From Mobula hypostoma (taxonomy: Eukaryota), in assembly GCF_963921235.1 (NCBI RefSeq), contig NC_086097.1, positions 184,452,001 to 184,516,000 on the forward strand: 64,000 nucleotides of DNA, written 5' to 3'. The notes beneath the pieces were generated by a model, which had not been told where the DNA came from, ran no database searches, and saw nothing but the letters and a program-made list of their open reading frames with translations. Positions 12,569 to 23,599 of the stretch are shown in pieces. Within the stretch, counting starts at the first letter, position 1. Every line of letters begins with the position of its first letter. The translations under genes were made by a program, and so were the position numbers.

Positions 12569-13754
12569 TGTACCTCTTCCTAGAAATGCTGCCTGGCCTG
12601 CTGCGTTCACCAGCAACTTTGTTGTGTGTTACTTGAATTTCCTGCATCTGCAGAATTCCTGTTGTTAGAGAGCACCTTACTCTGTTACCATTTGCTACCG
12701 TGAGCATCTTGTAAACAATCTTCATCATTGGCAGCTTGTGAAGCATGGGGCAGAGGATGAAGCATGCAACATTTTCTGTCACATGGTGCAGGGCAGCCCT
12801 TGATATAGGCAGACACTGGAATCTGGGGGACGCAGATGAAACCATTCCACCAGTGGTTCTATGACTGTGCCTGTACCAGTGCTCTGCAGCACAAACAGTA
12901 GCCCAGATCGAGGTGAGGATCCAACCCTTCATGAACTGTGACAAGGAAAAAAGTGGCAGAAGGACTTCAATGAGCTCCCAAGTTCTGAGAAACTGATCAT
13001 AAGGATTTTCCTCTCATAGTCAAACAGAAACTCTAAGTTCAGTAAGTCACAATCTTTGAGATTTACTGAAGGACCCTGGGATCACTTGTAAGCCTAGAGA
13101 AGCACACAAGAGTTCCCCGAACCCTCAGGACTTTCACAATCCTGACTTCTAGGCTATAGTTTAGAAACAAACTGTTATATCAAGGAAAACATTGATAAGA
13201 GAAGTTAGCACAATCTGACTGGGTGTAATAGCCTGAATGTTTTCCAAATGTTATTTCTGTATTTAAACTGCTTAATGTGTTACAAACTGAATAAGAAGTG
13301 GTACTGATTTGCATACTTGGGAATTAATTAAAATAAAGGGATAAAGGGAACAACAACAACAATATTTGTATAGCACCGTAACAACATAAAAATGTCCCAA
13401 AATGCTCCACAGGATCATTGTCAATAAGGAAAACAATGAAGGAGGTATTAGTGCACTGGTTAGGTGGGTAAAAACAGGGAAAATAGATACATTTTGTGTG
13501 AAGGGTGAGGAAATGTATTTTAGGAGGGCAGACAAGGGAAGGGAATGTATATTGAATTTAAAGAGGGATTTTGCGGTGTAAATCCACTGAGAGGCGAATC
13601 GGGTGGATAAAAGGGCAACATTGATTTTATTGGTAAAATTCTAGAAAACACATGTTCAACCAAAGCTAAAATACTTGATCAGGTTTAGTCAGCAAACTAC
13701 AGGAATGACGTGGTAATGCAAAATATGCAGCAAAGGAGTTAATCCAGAGACTTA

Positions 13755-13905
13755 ATGGCACAGTCGCAGAGTAGTTAGTGCAATCACTTTACAGAGACAG
13801 TGATTACCTATCAAGGTTCGATTCCCACCACTATCTGCATGGAATTCATACATCCTCTGTGTGATTGTGTAGGTTTCCTCCAGGTGCTCTGGTTTCCTCC
13901 TTGGC
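13755..13905 (+). mobile_element. V-type SINE 5' part, interrupted by the Gypsy element
   Basis: GGCACAGT...AGTAGTTAG (A box), GGTTCGATTCCC (B box), and GGTTTCCTCCAGGTGCTCTGGTTTCCTCC V-domain. Confidence 0.75.
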
Positions 13906-13907
13906 TA

Positions 13908-14506
13908 TGTAAGTCTAGGGAATGCACACTTTGGTCCCGCCAAACCTGTGGGATTGAGAGGGCTCTCCCACCCAAACTCCAGTTTGGTGGATGCTGTGCC
14001 ATTTGCTACCCTGTTGCAACTCAGTGCCAAGAAACAACAGACAGCACATTGCATACGATTAAAGGAATTATATTTATGAATCTTTCTTAACTAAAGGGTT
14101 AGTAAAGAAAAGAAAGAAAAAAACAAAAAGGGCCCATTATAATTAAACAGTCAAATATGCACAAGTTGGAGCTCATCTTGAACTTCACTGTCACTACACG
14201 CGCTGGGCCCTCGGTCAACGTGAAAACACACATCACCTTCTGAACGTCGCTCGCAACCCATCTCAAATAAATGGGTCTCCCACCAGGCTGTATCCTAGGA
14301 CCGGTTCTCCCCAGTGTCTTCTCTCTTCATCTTCCACCACACAAAAGGACCCAGCTCACACTGGTGTCAGACACACAGCACAAGAACACACTCCCCTTAT
14401 TGGATGCCTCACATTCTAAAGCACCCATAATCTCTAACTATAACCCAAACACTGCTTCTACAGAAAGACCATAACGTAACAGTGAAACCTTTCCTAGGGT
14501 GTTACA
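13908..14506 (-). repeat. 3' LTR of a Gypsy retrotransposon
   Basis: TG...CA termini with an imperfect inverted repeat (TGTAAGTCTAGG / CCTAGGGTGTTACA). On the minus strand it is immediately preceded by the polypurine tract GGTGGGGGGAGAG (14507-14519). Confidence 0.88.
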
Positions 14507-15490
14507 CTCTCCCCCCACCAAAATTAGTCACATCCTTATGACATTGAGATAATTTGTCACCCCTTCATACAAAGCACAAAGTCCAACCCAGGTATAAATG
14601 GCAGTGACATAGCTCACCACACTCTGTTCCCTGGGTGCGATATAGGCCAGTCTGTCTCGGGGTGTCCTGCCTCTTTGGAACCCCCTTACCCCCATAATAT
14701 ACTCCTTCAGCTTCAGACTCTCCAGGGCTCTTTCCTGTCTACCTGAGGAGGCCCCTCCCTCATCCAGTACTCATGCTTACCAACATCTCATGTCCCCCCG
14801 CAACTTGGCTGAGCTCAGCTTCATGCCAAGTGACTTTAGAGTCCAGCCTCCCATCATTTTCTAACTGCAAACCTGCCTGTCCACTTCTAGTTCCCTCCAT
14901 TCAAACTGCCTCAGTGTGAAAAGTATTGGGAACCTTTTCATCAATTATTAGGGAGTTTGCGAAGGGCAGCATATACCACACCCCTATTTTCTCATACTCC
15001 CGAGTCCGTATCATATTCAGGGCTGGGATCTGGTCTAATCATTCCCGCTGCTGGTTCTTTGGTTCCACCACGTTGCCACAGTATCCTCTTACTTGATGTA
15101 AGGTCCAGAACAGTCTCTGGGTCAACACGTACCTCTTGCCCCAGTGGTAGCAGGTGGTTCTGATGGGGAATATTGTCAGGTCCATTCCCATCCTCTGGTT
15201 TCACCCAGAGAAATGGTACATTTGGCATCTGACTCTCTACTACATAGGGCATAGCTGCCCAGCAGTCTGCCAATTTATGCTTCCCAGATAGCCCTAGATT
15301 CTTGATGAGGACTCAGTCTCCAGGCATTAGTTGGGAGAACCTAATCTTTTTGATCATACCTCCTCTTATTTCCTTGATTCTGCTTGGTAGCCGAGACCTC
15401 CGCTAGTTCAGAAACCTTTTGCAGTTCCCTTCTCGTATCAGGAACATTCTTCAGATAAGTCTGCTGTTGTATATCTTCCTCGCTCGTCCC
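14507..15490 (-). mobile_element. Gypsy internal fragment: integrase C-terminus (GPY/F-like region), C-terminal tail and PPT
   Basis: NKRRYDQK...GKHKLADCWAAMPYVVESQMPN...HQNHLLPLG, then tail motifs WYMLPFAN (14955-14978) and DRLAYIAP (14633-14656). Frameshifted and 5'-truncated. Confidence 0.88.
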
Positions 15491-15544
15491 AAAACATGTT
15501 CCACTGTAAATTTCAATGTTTTGATGTACATGTGACAAAATAAA

Positions 15545-16425
15545 GCTCATCTTTAGTTGCAACAAATCAGGAGGCAGCCTGCAAGAGTCGCCATGCCCCT
15601 GGCATCAATATACCATGCGCACAACTTGCTGACACTAAAGCTAACCGTACATCTTTGGAATGTAGGAGGAAAGGAGAAGATGGCGGCGCGCCTGCGCGTG
15701 CGCAGCCCTCTGGTGAAAAATGATACTGTATCTGTTAAATAGGGGCCATGGACAATTCTGATTTGATGGAGAATGGACGTGAAAGCACAGAGGAACATCT
15801 GGAGAAATTTCTGAAACGCTCGGTCGCTGCTGTCGTTACTGCGTGGTCGGGAATCTTTTGGAGGGTAGGCCTCAAAATCCCCAGCCTTGCCTGCTTTTGG
15901 CGGACGAGAAGGAGGTCGAATCGTTCGGACAGAGATGGCGCTCAGTACTCGGTGACGGAGAGCTGATCAGAGCTCGAAGTTTTCGGATGACTCAGAGTCG
16001 GATTGTGGTCAGCATGGCAGGGAGAGTTTTTCTTCCTTCTCCGTCTGCGTGAGATGTGGGACATTTGAGAAACTTTGAACTTTACTGTGCTCATGGACTT
16101 CTTCATCAAGTTATGGTATTGTTGAACTGTTGTAACTACATGTTATAATTATGTGGTTTTGTCAGTTTCTTTCAGTCTTGGTCTGTCCCGTGTTTTGTGA
16201 TATCACACGGGAGGAAATATTGTATCATTTCTTAATGCATGCATTACTAAATGACAATAAAAGAGGACTACGTGCCTTCATAATCTAAACCAGAGCACCT
16301 GGAGGAAACCTACACAACCATGCAGAGAATATATGAATTCTATACAGATAGTGATGGGAATTGAACCCTGATGGTAATCATTGATTCTGTAAAGCGATTG
16401 CACTAACCACTATGTTACCATGCCA
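15545..16425 (-). mobile_element. V-type SINE split by the 15673-16286 insertion
   Basis: TCTTTGGAATGTAGGAGGAAA (to 15672) rejoins AAACCAGAGCACCTGGAGGAAACC (from 16287). The B box complement GGGAATTGAACCC and A box complement CTAACCACTA lie at about 16355-16412. Confidence 0.8.
15673..16286 (+). mobile_element. Non-coding retroposon starting with AAGATGGCGG (copy 1, full length)
   Basis: Homologous to 18960-19567 and 39666-40338. YY1-type motif AAGATGGCGGC at 15677-15687; 3' end AATGACAATAAA...CATAATCT. Confidence 0.85.
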
Positions 16426-18959
16426 TTAGGTCTCCAGATTGATCATCTTTGCTGCACATTGCTTTGCATTACTTTACATCGTGACTTTTGGCAGTGCTAG
16501 AATATGAAGAGGTACTATATAACTGGATTTGATATGCAGTAAGACTGTTCTTCATATCTTATTTTGTGTTCTCCTGAACTCCCTGACCATTCATCATGTT
16601 GTTACTCAAATTGTTTCCTTATCCTTTCGTTGTCTAACTTTGATCCTGCTTCCTTTGCCTCAGACAATTTCTCCATCCTTTACAAAAATTGCCCTTCATT
16701 TCTATCATCAAAAAGCTCACCCCCATCTCTAACCATCCTTTTCTCTTTAGCATTCTTGCATAATATTGACTTTCCAATTTCAAAGCATTAGCAAACTAGT
16801 TTGAATTTATTTTGCCCTTCTCACAGTGGCAAGACTATTCAAAGGGAACTGAACCATCAACATCCTCACAAGTGGAATCTGGGCATGATAGTCCTTAAGG
16901 ACATCCTTAACTTCCATTGTTCTCCTTTCACAAATATTATTTTTATTAATACAGATGAAATTTTGAAAATAATTTCAGAACAATTTAATGGAATTCACTA
17001 CTTTTCATTAAGTCACTTCAAGTTATACAGATCCCAGTAAAATGGTAAGTTATCTCTCAACTAGATTTTTCTGCCATTTCACTATAGTATGACCTTTTTC
17101 AATAAGCCCGAGAATAACAGAAATTATAAATAAAACAAATGATTGAAAACTGATGTTTGGGAAATGTTTTATTATCGAGTGGAAAGTATTAATAACACAT
17201 CATTTCATGTAATTGAAACTTTGTAATTACGGAAACACCAAATGTCATAGCTTTAAAGGATTTGTTTTGGAGTTAGCAGTCAAATTTCAGCTTAGGATAA
17301 ATTCAGGTTGTTACAAAATATTCTACAAGTAGAGCAGTTTTTGCTAGTCATGTTTTACAGCTATTGCTCGTCAAGTTTTACTGTTTTTATGTTCTGTGAG
17401 ATAGACTGATACAAAAGAAGAACGTGCACAGATTGTGCAGATTCCATTTTTCCAATGAAATTTTGGTCACAGCACAAACGTAGCTGGAGTGGAGCCTAAA
17501 TTCCTCCATCACAGATGTTCAAACAGAAGGGTTTTCATGCCATTCCATAATGCAACACCATACGGGACTCAGCGTGTTCACCACAACAACCAATAACTAA
17601 TACAAGTGATTAGAGAATCACTGCATCACTTTCTTCTACTGTTGCATTTGTGGGATTTGAATCCTACGGATCAAGACACACTTCTGATGTGCAATTAGCA
17701 GGTGAGATTTGAGACTGGAACAAGTAACACATTTCAAGAAAAAGTGTCATGTGGAGAAAATAAAACATTTAACTTGAAATATGAATGGGATATGTTTAGT
17801 AATTTCTAAAGAGATGTTATAAAAAAGTCTTAGAATCTTCAAAATCTAAAATTTTTAACAATTTAATTGAAATATTGTTGGAACCATACTTAGCAACTAT
17901 TGAACAATTTCATTCTGTTGAAGTGCTGCTCCTTTAACTCATTCTAAAGTTAAGTACTGTAGGTACATTTTAACTTATAATTGAAAAAGAAACATCTGAC
18001 ATTAAAATCTTCCATTAAAACTCATCAATGCAATGATTATTATTATAGAATCAGAGCGTAACACAGCGCAGAAATAAGCCCTTCAGCCCATTGTGTCCAC
18101 ACCAACCACCAGATAGTCATCCCATTTAGAAGCACTTTGTCCATAGCTTGTCAATTCAAGAGCTTATCCAGATATTTCTTAAATGTTGCAAGAGTTGCTG
18201 TCTCCTTGTAGGTTCAGTTTCTGTGTGGGGTAACAATTTACTTGCATCATGAACAATACAACAGCAAGTAATATCAAATTGTTCCCATAATATTTATATA
18301 GGTAATTTAGGTTTAAAGTAGAGATTATGATTAACAAGATTGCAGATGGTAGAGCTACCATGGTCGATAAAGAAGAGCCTGTGGATGTCAATGGACTGGT
18401 TAAGTGAGGATCAAAATCATAGGTGGAATTCAATATCAAGATAAAGTATTTGAGAAGTAAACATCATAAGCATAATACAGGGTAGGATAATTAGAAATGT
18501 GGCAGACAAACACACACACATCACGCAAACAATAGAAGCAAACGACAGTATTTCAAACCAGATTGAGTCCATAGATCTTAGATTTTAGTACCACAAGTAG
18601 ATCAATTGCCATTGAAGTCCTATGGGAAATTCAATTTTACTGGCTGAGGCTTAAAGTATAGAACACAAAGGCCATGCTGGAACTGCAAAAAGGAAATCAG
18701 TTAAGCCACAACTGGCATAAGTATAAGGATGATAGAGAAGTTGATGGATTTTTTTTTTCCACATAGAGTTCTGGAACTTGCTGCCAGAAAGGATATGGAG
18801 GCAAAAACCTTCAACCGACCTAAAATGCCTAAACATTTGTAATGTGCAAGGTTGTGGACTGAAAGCAAAGAAGTGGAACCAAAAAGCAATGTTCGGCCAG
18901 CATGGACACAATAGACTGAATGTCTCTTTCTTTACTGTAAATTTTCACCAATTTGTGAA

Positions 18960-19567
18960 AATTCCAACCATCATCTGGTTTGATGGAGACAGATGTGAGA
19001 AACACGGAGGAACATCTGGAGAAACTTCTGAAATGGCTGTTTTGCCGCCGCTGCTACTGTGCGATCCAGAATCTCCGGAGGGGAAGGCCTCGAATCCTCT
19101 GCTTTGCCTGTTGCTTGGCGGCCGGGGCCTGGGTCGAAGCGCTCGGCAGAGATGGTGTTCAGTGCTGGGTGTCGGAGGGTTGGTCAGAGGCTCGAAGTTT
19201 TCGGACAGACTCAGAGTCGGCTGTGGTTGGGTGCTTCCGGGGTGCTGCATTGAAAAGTTTGCAGCGCTGGAGGTTCATGGCAGGGAGAGTTTTTCTTCCT
19301 TCTACCATCTGCGTGAGATGATGAGGCTATCAGGACTTTGAGACTTTTTTTTACCGTGGGCATGGTCTGCTCTTTATCATGTTATGGTATCGCTTTGCAC
19401 TGTTGTAACTATATGTTATAATTATGTGTTTTTTGTTAGTTTTAGTCTTGGTTTGTCCTGTGTTTCTGTGATATCATACTGGAGGAACATTGTATCATTT
19501 CTTAATGCATGCATTACTAAATGACAATAAATGAGGACTGAGTGCCCTCATAATCTAAACTAATCTA
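18960..19567 (+). mobile_element. AAGATGGCGG-family retroposon (copy 2, 5'-truncated)
   Basis: Shares GGAACATCTGGAGAAA, GCTCGAAGTTTTCGGA, TGTATCATTTCTTAATGCATGCATTACTAAATGACAATAAA and the (TAATC)n-like tail with copy 1. Confidence 0.85.
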
Positions 19568-20434
19568 TAGTACAGGATCAAGACACCTGGCTAAAGTAAC
19601 ACATCTGGAAGGAGAGGTGGGGAAGAAGAGCTCCACAGCAATCTTTCAAAATTTATCAACTCAAGAAAATTAGAGTTGAAGTTGAAGCCTTGTTCAGTTT
19701 CATAAAGGGAATAATCAAAGAAGGTGGTCAAAACACAATCAGGGGTGAATCTGGAAATAAAGGGATAGGAGCAAGAAGAACAAAAGAACCATCTGTATCC
19801 AAAATTTGTGCCTCTCTCTTGCTGTCTGAGATGTTTGTGTTTTGGCATTGACTTCCTTGGTTATCTGCTCCCCACTGCCATTTCATCATGTTGCCAGGGG
19901 CTTGCTTTTCATCGTCTCCTCCAATTCCTTCAGCAAATTACCGAAATATTTGGGGTTCTGATTCTCTCCTGTTTTTCATTCCTTTCTCCTTTACTAGATT
20001 CCATTTGCCTCATAAGTTCTCTCAGCACCTGCTCAGCAATTTTCCTGAAATAGCTTCAGGGTGGCTTGGGGCTATTCTATCTACCTTCATGTAGAGTTTG
20101 CATGTAATAACTTTGGGCCCCCTGCTGTCAATCAATTGGCACAACTAGAGCATGATTAAATAATGCAAAGAGCAACATGAAATGGCATTTTACTTTGTTG
20201 CATTGAAGAGATATGAGTCAATTGCAAATTGTGATCTCCAGGCCCGATTTTTAAAATATATCCATTTTCTTCTTCTTTAAGTTAGATTGTGGAAAAGGTG
20301 TTTCATTTTAAGATGCCTACATTCTGATAGTTTCCTTTCTATATTTCATTATTTATCTCTTTTTTGGGTATCTGGCTGATGGAGTCCAATCTGACAGAGT
20401 GAAAAGCCCTCTGGCTAGTGGCATATGTTTACCT

Positions 20435-21315
20435 CAAAGTCCAAAGTAATTTTATTATTAAAGTGCATATATGTGCATATATTTAAAGTTCAATGTACAT
20501 GTGTTGAAATTTGCTGATGACATCACTATTGTTGTCCAAATCAAAAGTGGTGATGAATTAGGATATAGGAGGGAGATTGAAAATCTAACTGAGTGTTGCC
20601 ACAACAACAGCCTCTCACTCAATGTCAGCAAGACCAAGGAGCTGATTATTGACTTCAGGAGGAGGAAACAGGAAGTCCATGAGTTAGTTGTCATCAGAGA
20701 TCAGAGGTGGAGAGGGTCAGCATCTTTAAATTCCTTATTATTCTTGTTTCTCTTGTATTTGCACAGGTTGCTGTCTTTTGGATATTGATGGTGTGTCTTT
20801 CCTGTTGGGGGCGGTCTGTCATTGACCCTATCGTGTTTCCTGTAAGTGCTCACAAGAAAATGAATCTGGAGAGATGCTTATAGTGACATATATGTACTTA
20901 GATAATAAATTTACTTTGAACTTGGAACTTTGATCTTTATCACCAAATACAACCTAAGACTAATTTTCTTGTGGGTATTCATAGTAAATACAAGAAACAC
21001 AATAGAATCAATGGAAGACCACACTCAACAGGATGGACAAACAATCAATGTGCAAAAGACAACAAACTGTGCAAGTAAAAAAAAAGAAAGAAAAAACAAA
21101 TAATATCAAGAAAATGAGATGAAGAGTCCTTGAAAGTGAGTCCATAGGTTGTGGGGAACAGTTCAGAGATGGGATGAGTGAAGTTGAGAAAAGTTATCCC
21201 TTCTGTCAAAAGCCTGATGACTGAGGGGTAATAAATGTTCTTGAACCAGGTGGTGTGGGACCGGAGGCTCCTGAACCTCCTTCCTGATGGCAGCATTGAG
21301 AAGAGAACATGGCCT
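20435..21315 (-). mobile_element. Rex1/Babar 3' fragment, split by an oppositely oriented Rex1 copy
   Basis: LLPSGRRFRSLRSHTTWFKNIYYPSVIRLL-type C-terminus at 21045-21296. The UTR continues to about 20940 and resumes at 20435-20475 (CAAAGTCCAAAGTAATTT tail). Confidence 0.8.
20490..20935 (+). mobile_element. Rex1/Babar RT fragment joined to its 3' UTR
   Basis: KFADDITIVVQIKSGDELGYRREIENLTECCHNNSLSLNVSKTKELIIDFRR, ending AATAAATTTACTTTGAACTTGGAACTTTG. Confidence 0.85.
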
Positions 21316-21532
21316 GTAGTAGCAATATATCATTGGTTTACCTATAAAGACTGCATTATATAGAATTTGATGGGAAGGGAGGAGGCCAACCTGCTATTAG
21401 ATTTCTTATAAATCTAAAGACCCTCAAGTCATAATGCTGGAAGGTGTGAAACCCCGTGCATTTTGCAAACTTGGATTTAGTAAAAATCTCTGGCTATTAT
21501 GTGTCAGTTTTCCCCTTACAATTTGTTGTCCA

Positions 21533-23312
21533 TGAATAAACTCTTCTCAGGCTTCCAGCCAGCTACAGGTATTGAATTTAACCGATGTTTCGATGACAAA
21601 CTCTGCCACCTTCATTGGGGTGATGCCTAGGCGTGTCTACTCCAGTGGTATATATACCCCTGTCATCTATCCACCTGTACCTGGCCAATATACTCCGCAC
21701 TGCATTCACATTTACATTAGTAAATTTGCCGATGACACAAAGCTGGGTGGTAGTGTGAAATGCGAGGAGGATGTTATGAGAATGCAGTGTGACTTGGACA
21801 GCCTGGGTGAGTGGGCAGATGCATGGCAGATGCAGTTTAATGTGAGTAAATGTGAGGTTATCCACTTTGGTGGTAAGAACGGGAAGGCAGATAATTATCT
21901 AAATGGAGTCAAGTTAGGAAAAGGGGAAGCACAACGAGATCTAGGTGTTCCTGTACATCAGTCACTGAAAGCAAGCATGCAAGTACAGCAGGCAGTGAAG
22001 AAAGCTAATGGCATGCTGGCCTTCATAGCAAGGGGAACTGAGTATAAGAGCAAAGAGGTCCTTCTGCAGCTGTACAGGGCCCTGGTGAGACCACACCTGG
22101 AGTACTGTGTGCAGTTTTGATCTCCAAATTTGAGGAAGAACATTCTTGCTATTGAGGGAGTGCAGCGTAGTTTCACAAAGTTAATTCCCGGGATGGCGGG
22201 ACTGTCATATGTCGAAAGATTGGAGCGACTGGGCTTGTATACTCTGGAATTTAGAAGGCTGAGTGGGATCTTATTGAAACATATAAGATTATTAAGGGAT
22301 TGGACACGCTGGAGGCAGGAAGCATGTTCCTGCTGACAGGTCAGTCCAGAACCAGAGGCCACAGTTTAAGAATTAGGGGTAGGCCATTTAGAACGGAGTT
22401 GAGGAAAAACTTTTTTACCCAGAGAGTGGTGGATATATGGAATGCTCTGGCCCAGAAGGCTGTGGAGGCAAAGTCTCTGGATGCTTTCAAAAAAGAGATG
22501 GATAGAGCTCTTAAAGATAGCGGAATCAAAGGTTATGGGGATAAGGCAGGAACTGGATACTGATAGTGGATGATCAGCCATGATCACAGTGAATGGAGGT
22601 GCTGGCTCAAAGGGCCGAATGGCCTACTCCTGCACCTATTGTCTATTGTCTATTGTCACAGGGATTCCTGTAACGCCAGCCATCCTGAGTCCCAGGTCAT
22701 TTTGATCTGCATAAGTTGTGATTTGAGCTTCCTTATGGGTTTGTGGATAGCATTAATCCAGTATTTCTATAGGATCCCTGTAAATGCAGAACAGCATATA
22801 TTGGCCAGACAGGATGCACATTGTATATCGACCAGATGGGATGTACAGTGGAAACCCGCATCAGTGAGCACAGGAGATGTATCAGTTTGAACTACCCAGT
22901 GAAATCGGCAGTAGCAGAACATTGCAATCGCAATAGCCATAGGATTGACTTAGATGGCACAGAACTACTGTGTCATGCCAATGGCTTATGGGATCACCTG
23001 GTGAAGGAAGCCATTGAAATAATACTAGAGAAACAGAATTTTAACACAAATGAAGGTCTTGCTCCAAGTAAGAACTGGAATTCAATTGTAAACAAGGTTG
23101 GAGAGTGGAAACCTGCTTGGATGAGGACTAACCAGATCAGGAAGGATGGATGACAGGGGTATAAACACCTCCAGACTAGAGGTGCCCAGACATCGTTCCT
23201 GGTGAAGGTGGCAGAGTTTGTTGTTGAAATGTCAGTTAAAATCAATACCTGTACTCACTGGAAGCTCAAGAAGAGATTATTCGTCATATACACTGGGAAA
23301 GCACTAGATCCT
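21533..23312 (+). mobile_element. Penelope-like element with inverted partial duplication (inverted pseudo-LTRs); GIY-YIG endonuclease remnant
   Basis: Plus strand 22769-23153 encodes YRIP...AYIGQTG...ETRISEHRR...SAVAEH...KEAIEI...NFN. Segments 21533-21675 and 23144-23284 are inverted repeats. A degenerate 18-bp TSD (15/18) lies at 21515-21532 and 23313-23330. Confidence 0.9.
21711..22655 (+). mobile_element. CR1 3' fragment inserted into the Penelope element
   Basis: YISKFADDTKLGG through to a (TCTATTG)n tail. TCACA duplicated at 21706-21710 and 22656-22660. Confidence 0.93.
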
Positions 23313-23599
23313 CTTTCAATTTGTAGACCAGGTTAGATATCCAAACCGTTCTATTAATGGCTGCAGTTTGCAATCTAGTGCTTGACTTGCATGCCACTGG
23401 CTCCTTCAAAGGAAAGTGAAAACTTTCTACAGCATCATCTGAGATTCCATCTGTGCTTCCGTTCACCTGGTTAGTGAAACTGCTTTCTGGAAAGCTGGTA
23501 ACTGTGTTCATTTTGAAAGCTTCCTAAACCGCAGTATGACTGGGAAATTCAGCTCTATAATGTTGTTAGTTTGAACAAGATTTGAAGTGCAGTGATGAC

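Larger units (their letters stand above)
12440..12664. mobile_element. Palindromic non-autonomous mini-element derived from a Penelope-like (Neptune) 3' end, with 16-bp TSD
   Basis: Perfect direct repeat TTAGAGAGCACCTTAC at 12424-12439 and 12665-12680. Inverted arms of about 87 bp (12442-12528 / 12535-12621) around a 6-nt loop. The right arm and tail match the PLE 3' end at about 34945-35050. Confidence 0.92.

Noticed and set aside
12335..12668. Mirror-image ORFs on both strands (MLVNAAGQAA...)
   Set aside because: A consequence of the DNA palindrome, not coding.
18778..19341. 187-aa ORF and similar ORFs at 15557-16052 and 39752-40270
   Set aside because: Frames are not conserved among the three copies of the element; GC-rich chance ORFs.
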